Virus genome (UHGV): UHGV-0087143
Length of the DNA stretch: 11,682 bases
Source: a virus
Reading direction: 5' to 3' (one strand)
The notes beneath the pieces are model-generated. The model did not search any database. It saw only the letters and a list, made by a program, of their open reading frames with translations, and had not been told where the DNA came from. A program made the translations under genes and the position numbers. Numbering within the stretch: the first letter of the stretch is position 1; each line of letters starts with the position of its first letter. Shown one piece after another: positions 5,812 to 11,682 of this stretch.

Positions 5812-6516
5812 ATGGCTATCCGTGATGAAAATGAAATGATTATTGAAAGCCGACCAAGTGCACTTGATATTCACGAATTAACTTTGCGTGAATCTTTTGA
5901 TAGAGCTTGGCGGGAATCACACGAAGTAAATAAAGGTCCATATATTCCACCAGAACCACTCGAGATTCCAAGAGTTGAAATTGATTTTTCTATGAACGAA
6001 CAGTGTGAACTTGATTTGAAGTTGAAGCTACAACGCCGATATTTCCAAGCTATTAAAGACTCTCAAGAAGCAATGAGAAGTGTTTACGAGAAAATTCAGT
6101 CCAAGCTTGAAGACGAAATCGACGAAATGGCTATTTTGATGGAGCTTCAAACCAATTCTTATGCTTATTTCTCTCGACTAGACCGTGACGGTTGGGGGTA
6201 TGACCCTGTAGAGATTGGTAAAGTGATTGCAGATTTACCAGAAGGTCAAAGGGTTATTCGTACGGAAAGGGCCATCAGAGCGCCACATCGACTGTCTCTA
6301 ATTGTTGCTGATAAATCACAAGCTGAGCTTGAAGAAATTGCCAAAGAGAAACTGATGAAAGCAAGAGAAAATGAGATTAATTTGCTGAAATCAAGACTGG
6401 CTAAGCTGATTAGTGACCATCAAGCGCTGGCTAAGGAGTACCGTCAAGAGTTGGCACAGATTATCAGCTTCAATGATTTTCTGAGTGTTCCACGAGAATT
6501 TAGCAAGGCTGTTTGA
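5812..6516 (+). CDS. Hypothetical acidic protein, 234 aa, with C-terminal coiled-coil-like region
   Basis: ORF with SD GAGGAAAGG upstream of ATG 5812; no domain recognised. Confidence 0.65.
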   Translation: MAIRDENEMIIESRPSALDIHELTLRESFDRAWRESHEVNKGPYIPPEPLEIPRVEIDFSMNEQCELDLKLKLQRRYFQAIKDSQEAMRSVYEKIQSKLEDEIDEMAILMELQTNSYAYFSRLDRDGWGYDPVEIGKVIADLPEGQRVIRTERAIRAPHRLSLIVADKSQAELEEIAKEKLMKARENEINLLKSRLAKLISDHQALAKEYRQELAQIISFNDFLSVPREFSKAV

Positions 6517-6539
6517 TTATGAATTAAAAGAGGTGATTA

Positions 6540-6752
6540 ATGTTTGAAGAACGTTTAGAGACTATTCGGTCTGTTTGCGAAAGACTCCAGCTACAACCAA
6601 ATAGACAAAAGCTACGAATTAAGAATAACCGTCATTACATCACCTCACACAAACCAAAAACACGCAAGATTCCAAAGTGGTGTCTTGATAAATTACCAAG
6701 TGATTGTCAGATTGTCGGTGAAGATGGTAATTATTATCTTGTCAGACATTAA
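6540..6752 (+). CDS. Small basic protein, 70 aa (three Cys, Lys/Arg-rich centre)
   Basis: ORF with SD GAGGTG (6530-6535) before ATG 6540; function unknown. Confidence 0.5.
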   Translation: MFEERLETIRSVCERLQLQPNRQKLRIKNNRHYITSHKPKTRKIPKWCLDKLPSDCQIVGEDGNYYLVRH

Positions 6753-6802
6753 AAAAGAATTGGTTGGGTATATGAGATAGGTTCTATCGAATCTATAGTA
6801 CG

Positions 6803-6844
6803 GGGAGAGATTATCGATATTATTCGGTAGTTTCTCCCTTTTTT
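6803..6844 (+). terminator. Candidate terminator: stem GGGAGA/TCTCCC around a 24-nt loop (containing palindrome TATCGATA), followed by TTTTTT
   Basis: GGGAGA 6803-6808, TCTCCC 6833-6838, T6 at 6839-6844; loop unusually large so strength uncertain. Confidence 0.4.
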
Positions 6845-6893
6845 GTATATGAGGATAGTCTTCTATCCGAAGTCTATGAGGTGAAAAATATGA

Positions 6894-8978
6894 ATGAGCA
6901 AATTTACAGTTGATAGTTTTATTGTTGAGCTGGGCTTCAGTGAAAACGTTATTAAGGGATTGCAAAGAGTTGAAAAGGCAGCTTTGCAGTCAGCACAAAG
7001 AATTGAACGTAATTTGAATAGAGCGTTTAAGGTCGATACCAAGCAACTTGACAGCAATTTAACGGCTTCTTTAAAGTCAATGGAAGGGAAAATTAATAAG
7101 ACCTTTGACAAGATTGAGCAGCGTCTTAAAAACACTAGAGCGTTTAAGATTAAAACGGAAATTGAGGATACTTTAAAGCCACTTAGACAGCCAAGACAGC
7201 CACGAATTAGCGGCAACAGAGCAATCACAGCAGCTTATTCAGCGAATATGAGCAAGTTAAAGGGCTTTGACCCTATTTTGCAGAAATACATCAAATCTCA
7301 GTTTTACGGGCTATCTGCTAAAGCTGGGTCAATGGATAATTCAAAATTCAATGAGAAGTTAGCTCAGCTAAATGCTTCAGTCAGAGAAGCAATCACTAAA
7401 GCCAGAGGTCATACATCCACCAGCAAAAACAATCACAGTGAAAATGCTTCAAATGGTTTAGATGTATTAGCTACAAGTGCAATCAAAGCAGGTACAGCCA
7501 TTTATAGTTTTCAGACAGCCTTAGAAGCTTATAGGAAGGTTATGGAAGTTGGTCTGAAAAAAGAAGCATCACAACGAGCGGCACAATTCGTTTTAGGTGA
7601 TGAAGGTGCTAAACGAGCTACAGAATTTGTTAAGAATCTTGCTGATAGTAGTGGTGTAGACCAGATTGAAACATTAAGCAGTTTTGCTAAGTTTTCCGCT
7701 GGTGCTGGTGATATGAATGCAGACCAGAAAGAATCCTTATTTTCTAATGTGATTGGTACATCCCGACTAATGGGTTTAAGCACTGATGAGATTAACGGGA
7801 TTCTAAAAGCTTTCGAGCAGATGGCGAGCAAGGGCAAGATTCAAGCTGAAGAATTACGCGGTCAGTTAGGGGACAGAATGGCAGGTGCTTTTCAGTTATT
7901 TGCCAGAAGTCTTGGGATGACTACAGAAGAATTAGACAAGGCCATGAAGGACGGTAAGGTTCTTTCTAAAGATGTTCTTCCTAAAGTATCCGCTGAAATG
8001 GGAAGGATGATTGATAAAGCTGGTGGATGGGAAAAGATTATTAACTCTACTCAGACGCAGTTAGGCCGCCTTTCTAATTCATGGAATAATAATCTGGCCT
8101 TAATGTTCGACGGTTCACAGGAAGGTTTAACAGACTTTACAAGGTCACTGACTAATTTACTTAATTCACTAGGTGGTCAATCTAAAAATCTTGGTGAACA
8201 TTTTGGCGACTTGATGAAAAGCATGTCAAACGGTGTTGATGATTTAACCACGATTAGCTACCGAGCACAGGGATTCTTTGACAGAGTGACCCTTGCTTAC
8301 AGAGAATTAAATGACACTCAAAAAGCTGTAGCTGATGGTATCGCAAATGGCCTGTTAAGTGCATTAAAGGGGCTTGCTGGTATAGTCGCTGTAAGGTCTG
8401 GGATTGGTGCTGTAGGTGGTATCTGGAACTTAATTAGGGCTATTTCCACGCTTGGAAATGTAGCAAATACAGCAGCAGGAAGAATCAATTCACGTTCTGC
8501 TGGTAGTGTTGAAGGTGGTAAAGGAAAATTATCTGTAGCTGATGCAATTACCAAAGTAATGATTGTCGGTATGGCAACTGATGTGATTAACTCCATTGTT
8601 AAACCACTCTATGAACGCCAGATGAGTAAGTCAGATAATCCAATTGATAAAGTTGTAAGGTCAAAGGTGGAACCCACAGACCAAGCATTGACTGGTGACA
8701 TGAACTCTTTAGCTGCTGTTTTATGGGCTATGGTTCAGGGCAAATCAAAAGATGTTCCACAGTTTTCACCGGAAGCATTAAATAATCTGAAAGGTCGAGT
8801 GGAAACATTCACACAAGATTTAAAGGTTATCAAGCCGTCAGTAAATATTCAGCCTCAGACAATCAATATCACAACTCAGACGGTACTTGATGGAAAGGTT
8901 ATTGATGAAAGAACCACATCGCATATTAATCGTATGCAGGAAGATACCTTGATTAGCTCAGCTTACCCAGAGGAATAA
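6894..8978 (+). CDS. Phage tail tape measure protein-like, 694 aa
   Basis: Internal segment ...GLSTDEINGILKAFEQMASKGKIQAEELRGQLGDRMAGAFQLFARSLGMTTEELDKAMKDGKV... matches the conserved tape-measure core (ELRGQLGERLPGA-type motif); helical N-terminus and Gly/Ala-rich hydrophobic segment (GIANGLLSALKGLAGIVAVRSGIGAVGGIW) typical of tape measure proteins; SD GAGGTG (6878-6883) before ATG 6894. The four antisense track ORFs inside it are treated as spurious. Confidence 0.8.
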   Translation: MSKFTVDSFIVELGFSENVIKGLQRVEKAALQSAQRIERNLNRAFKVDTKQLDSNLTASLKSMEGKINKTFDKIEQRLKNTRAFKIKTEIEDTLKPLRQPRQPRISGNRAITAAYSANMSKLKGFDPILQKYIKSQFYGLSAKAGSMDNSKFNEKLAQLNASVREAITKARGHTSTSKNNHSENASNGLDVLATSAIKAGTAIYSFQTALEAYRKVMEVGLKKEASQRAAQFVLGDEGAKRATEFVKNLADSSGVDQIETLSSFAKFSAGAGDMNADQKESLFSNVIGTSRLMGLSTDEINGILKAFEQMASKGKIQAEELRGQLGDRMAGAFQLFARSLGMTTEELDKAMKDGKVLSKDVLPKVSAEMGRMIDKAGGWEKIINSTQTQLGRLSNSWNNNLALMFDGSQEGLTDFTRSLTNLLNSLGGQSKNLGEHFGDLMKSMSNGVDDLTTISYRAQGFFDRVTLAYRELNDTQKAVADGIANGLLSALKGLAGIVAVRSGIGAVGGIWNLIRAISTLGNVANTAAGRINSRSAGSVEGGKGKLSVADAITKVMIVGMATDVINSIVKPLYERQMSKSDNPIDKVVRSKVEPTDQALTGDMNSLAAVLWAMVQGKSKDVPQFSPEALNNLKGRVETFTQDLKVIKPSVNIQPQTINITTQTVLDGKVIDERTTSHINRMQEDTLISSAYPEE

Positions 8979-9212
8979 ACAATGTTAGAGCTACTAATAT
9001 TTATTGCCACACATGGCAACCTATTAATCTTTATCTAGTATGACGACTCAACTATGAATAGTCGAATGCTACGTGAAATCTCCTGAACAGATATACCCAC
9101 TGAAAAATAGAATTTACGTAGCTCACGCTTAACAGAGAAAATACTTATATATCAAAGGCTTGGTTAAAAATGACTGAAATACACTAAGTCTTTGAAATCA
9201 AAGGAGAATTTA

Positions 9213-9986
9213 ATGATTTACTCTAATCAGATTCGTTACAGTGGCAAAGATGGCATCTATTTCCACTTAAGAGATAATGTAGATGCCTTCTTAACTTTAT
9301 CAGCAACTGAGAACATGGAATTTGATAGCCCTATGCAGGTGACTACACAGAACATGCAATCAGGGCAAACCGTCACAGATAATGTGCAAAGAGCACCCAG
9401 AACAATCACTATTAGTGGTGTCGTTGTAGTTGGCTATGAAGGAAGCTTATTATTAACTCGTCAGGGTCAATTAGTAGAAAACTTCATCGACACCCTTGAA
9501 AGCTGGCGTGACCAGAAGCAGATTATTTCGGTCATCTGTAAAGATGGTATCAAGATTGATGACTCCATTATTACAAGTTTTAAAGCCTCTAAAGATGTTG
9601 GTATTTCAAATGGTCTAAGAATCCAGCTAACTTTTCAGGAAATTAACTTTAAAGCTGTTGTGGGGCAGACTGATATCTCGGCTGCAACTGGAAAAGCCGC
9701 GACTACGAATGATGGTGGTGTGACCAGTAAAAAGAATGCGGGTAACGTGACCACTGAACGCAATAACGCACCTATGCTGATGTGTCAGGAACTGTACAGT
9801 TACTCAGCATCTGAGCTATCTGATGAAGCGCTAAGGGTCCGTAGCAATTGCTCTAAAAATGTCACGGTGAAAGATGGTGTAAGCACCTTCACAGCCTCAG
9901 CTAATGAGCAGGCTTCAAAAGTGCTTAAGTCGGGTAATGCTTTACGGAAGTTTTCTGTGAATCCGAATAAGAAGGGCACTTATTGA
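9213..9986 (+). CDS. Hypothetical protein, 257 aa, downstream of the tape measure gene (possibly tail-associated by position only)
   Basis: Start chosen at ATG 9213 (SD AAGGAG 6 nt upstream) instead of the in-frame track start at 9192, which is a TTG codon; no domain recognised. Confidence 0.65.
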   Translation: MIYSNQIRYSGKDGIYFHLRDNVDAFLTLSATENMEFDSPMQVTTQNMQSGQTVTDNVQRAPRTITISGVVVVGYEGSLLLTRQGQLVENFIDTLESWRDQKQIISVICKDGIKIDDSIITSFKASKDVGISNGLRIQLTFQEINFKAVVGQTDISAATGKAATTNDGGVTSKKNAGNVTTERNNAPMLMCQELYSYSASELSDEALRVRSNCSKNVTVKDGVSTFTASANEQASKVLKSGNALRKFSVNPNKKGTY

Positions 9987-9990
9987 GACA

Positions 9991-10013
9991 TAAAAAGGGG
10001 CTTCATAGCCCCT
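9991..10013 (-). terminator. Rho-independent terminator for the recombinase gene, shared between convergent genes
   Basis: GC-rich stem AGGGGC/GCCCCT (9996-10001 / 10008-10013), 6-nt loop; on the minus strand the stem is followed by a U-run (complement of A-run 9992-9996); lies between the 9986 and 10019 stop codons. Confidence 0.6.
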
Positions 10014-10018
10014 GAAAA

Positions 10019-11539
10019 TTACAGTTGATAAGCGTCAATATCCAGTAGCTCTTTATCAGCAATTTCAAAGATTGGTGACCCATCATTTAGCGGTAACGGG
10101 TTTGTAGGTATGGTGATTTCAGTGTCGTTCTGTAGCGTTACAGTTACCGAATCCTTACCCAATGTAAGCCCTTTTAGATGTTTGGACAAAATCAACTGAC
10201 ACTCGACACGACCCGCTTTAGTTGTCAGGTCAATATCTTTAAGCTGGGGTAGTTCCTTATCAGTGAGTGAAGCCTTACGCCTCATGTTATCAATAGTAGT
10301 CTGTAGTTCTGTGCGCTTCTGGTTAAGTCCCTTCACCTGTGCTTTCAACTCTGTAATGTCATCCATTTCAAGAAGTAGGGCGGTAGCTTTCTTGATTCTG
10401 GCTGTGACAATTTCAACCTCATGCTGTAGAGATGCAATCTTCCCCTCTGCTTCTCCATCATTCCCCACGTCAATCATCCCCAGAAAATTATCAATCATCC
10501 ATCGGTCAAACGGTTTACGCTTCAACGGTGGAACATCACAGCGACCGTCTAAGTGGTTATTGCACCTGTAGACCCCTGCATACTTATTCTTGGTTCCGGT
10601 AGGATGGACACTAGCCCCACACTGACACCGGAATAATCCCTTGAAGATGTTAATCGTTAATGGGTTATCACTTGCAGGTGTGCGGCCTTTACGATTCTTG
10701 TCGAGAATCTCTTGAGCTTTATTGAACGTTGCAGCATCTATAGCGGCTTCGTAGTAGTTCGGTATAGCGGGGCGGTCATTACGCTGTGATGCTGGTAACG
10801 TGCCTATTGTTGTCTCCGACCTTAAGATGGTGCGTACAGAATGGACGCTAAACCCATTAGCATCTTTACGGCGACTAAACGACTTTATACCGTTGCTTTG
10901 AAGGTGACGGGCGATGTTATGCAGACTTTCACCACTTAGCAGCAGCTTGAAAATCAGTCTTACAGTCTCAGCGTGTTCATTGAGTTTGAGAGTATCGGGG
11001 TCAATCCATCCGGGAACCATCTTTGTTAAACGTTGTTTACCAGCAAGGGCAAGTTTTGCACGTTGTTTCCACTTCTCGCTAACACGGAAAGACTTCTGCT
11101 TACTCTCCTGATGCGCTAGGTAGCTTTTAACCCGCTGAATGATTGAGATTCCTAAATCATCGGATAGAGCATCCCTTGTGTAGATTAGCCCATCCTGTAG
11201 AGTGTGAATCTCGATACCATGAGCAATAATGCGATTCATCAAGGCTTCTGTTTCAAGATGCTCTAATCGGCCTATACGGTCGATACTCTCAACTAGCAGA
11301 ATTGTACCTCCTGGAAACTCCCCAGCCTCAATACGGGCTAACATGTCACCAAACTGACCAGTAAGGTGTTTACCTTTGTAACCGGATAGACCCTCATCAC
11401 TGAAAGACGCTACTACTTGAGCATCGCTATTCTTCTTCAACCATTGTTTGAACAGGTCGTTTTGTCGTCTGGTTGAATCAGCACCTTCAGCACCTTGTGT
11501 GGCTGATGAGAATCTCAAGTATGTTATTACGGTTCTCAC
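10019..11539 (-). CDS. int: Large serine recombinase (serine integrase), 506 aa
   Basis: N-terminal resolvase-type catalytic domain with the serine nucleophile motif (YLRFSSATQ) and downstream LLVESIDRIGR; central recombinase region; Cys-rich zinc-ribbon-like segment (CQCGAS...YRCNNHLDGRCD); C-terminal coiled-coil-like region. GTG start with SD GGGAG 9 nt upstream. Antisense track ORFs 10263-10571 and 10914-11111 treated as spurious. Confidence 0.9.
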   Translation of the reverse strand: MRTVITYLRFSSATQGAEGADSTRRQNDLFKQWLKKNSDAQVVASFSDEGLSGYKGKHLTGQFGDMLARIEAGEFPGGTILLVESIDRIGRLEHLETEALMNRIIAHGIEIHTLQDGLIYTRDALSDDLGISIIQRVKSYLAHQESKQKSFRVSEKWKQRAKLALAGKQRLTKMVPGWIDPDTLKLNEHAETVRLIFKLLLSGESLHNIARHLQSNGIKSFSRRKDANGFSVHSVRTILRSETTIGTLPASQRNDRPAIPNYYEAAIDAATFNKAQEILDKNRKGRTPASDNPLTINIFKGLFRCQCGASVHPTGTKNKYAGVYRCNNHLDGRCDVPPLKRKPFDRWMIDNFLGMIDVGNDGEAEGKIASLQHEVEIVTARIKKATALLLEMDDITELKAQVKGLNQKRTELQTTIDNMRRKASLTDKELPQLKDIDLTTKAGRVECQLILSKHLKGLTLGKDSVTVTLQNDTEITIPTNPLPLNDGSPIFEIADKELLDIDAYQL

Positions 11540-11611
11540 GGTGATAAACTCCCATGCAATTGATTATCATTTAAAGATGAACTTATAAACGTTATGGCTA
11601 ATGCTACAATG

Positions 11612-11640
11612 CCGAATAGCTACAATACAATGACCCTTGA
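11612..11640. other. Candidate recombinase attachment-site junction (right end), partner of 90-117
   Basis: CCGAATAG, 8-nt spacer, CAATGACCCTTGA, ~75 bp upstream of the recombinase start; sequence beyond 11640 turns GC-rich (CCTCGCCGCTTCCCCTGGCCGACG). Confidence 0.3.
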
Positions 11641-11682
11641 TTTACCTCGCCGCTTCCCCTGGCCGACGTTACTTTCGGTCTG

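Larger units (their letters stand above)
90..11640. mobile_element. Putative integrative element (phage-satellite-like or phage-derived island), ~11.5 kb; boundaries inferred, not proven
   Basis: Large serine recombinase gene at right edge; identical 13-mer CAATGACCCTTGA at 90-102 and 11628-11640, with inverted 8-mers CTATTCGG (110-117) and CCGAATAG (11612-11619) at mirrored spacing (7 and 8 nt); GC-rich sequence only beyond 11640. Confidence 0.35.

Noticed and set aside
5812-6752. Tail-assembly chaperone G/GT-style -1 frameshift fusion between the 234-aa and 70-aa ORFs
   Set aside because: The 70-aa ORF is in the -1 frame relative to the 234-aa ORF, but that frame is closed by TGA at 6534-6536, downstream of the 234-aa stop (6514-6516), so no frameshift product can join them.
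6693-8596. Four minus-strand track ORFs (6693-6965, 6863-7228, 7529-7837, 8318-8596)
   Set aside because: All lie antisense within or across the tape measure gene, which has a clear conserved motif; they are low-complexity frames without start signals.
9004-9019. Hairpin TTGCCA-caca-TGGCAA after the tape measure stop as a terminator
   Set aside because: Only a 6-bp stem and no following U-run; the downstream gene has a strong SD and is probably co-transcribed.
9192-9212. Track start at 9192 for the 257-aa gene
   Set aside because: 9192 is a TTG codon; the in-frame ATG at 9213 has a consensus AAGGAG SD 6 nt upstream.
10263-11111. Two plus-strand track ORFs (10263-10571, 10914-11111)
   Set aside because: Antisense inside the serine recombinase gene; Ser/Leu/Cys-rich composition typical of spurious antisense frames.

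Overview
This 11.7-kb AT-rich window appears to hold almost all of a small integrative element. From left to right: a lone 221-aa gene (220-885); a ~2.35-kb stretch with no ORF of 62 aa or more on either strand (886-3240), densely packed with several unrelated families of direct repeats; a back-to-back divergent promoter pair (3515-3580); a block of small unknown and regulatory genes (3633-6752); a phage tail tape-measure-like gene (6894-8978); a 257-aa gene (9213-9986); and a large serine recombinase gene on the minus strand at the right edge (10019-11539). No capsid, portal, terminase, tail tube/sheath or replication-protein genes are recognisable, so this is not a complete prophage. The best reading is a phage-satellite-like or phage-derived island. 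A 13-bp direct repeat with flanking inverted 8-mers near both window ends may mark the attachment junctions. All calls come from reading the DNA and the translated ORFs by eye; no database search or structure prediction was run, so domain assignments are motif-level recognitions.
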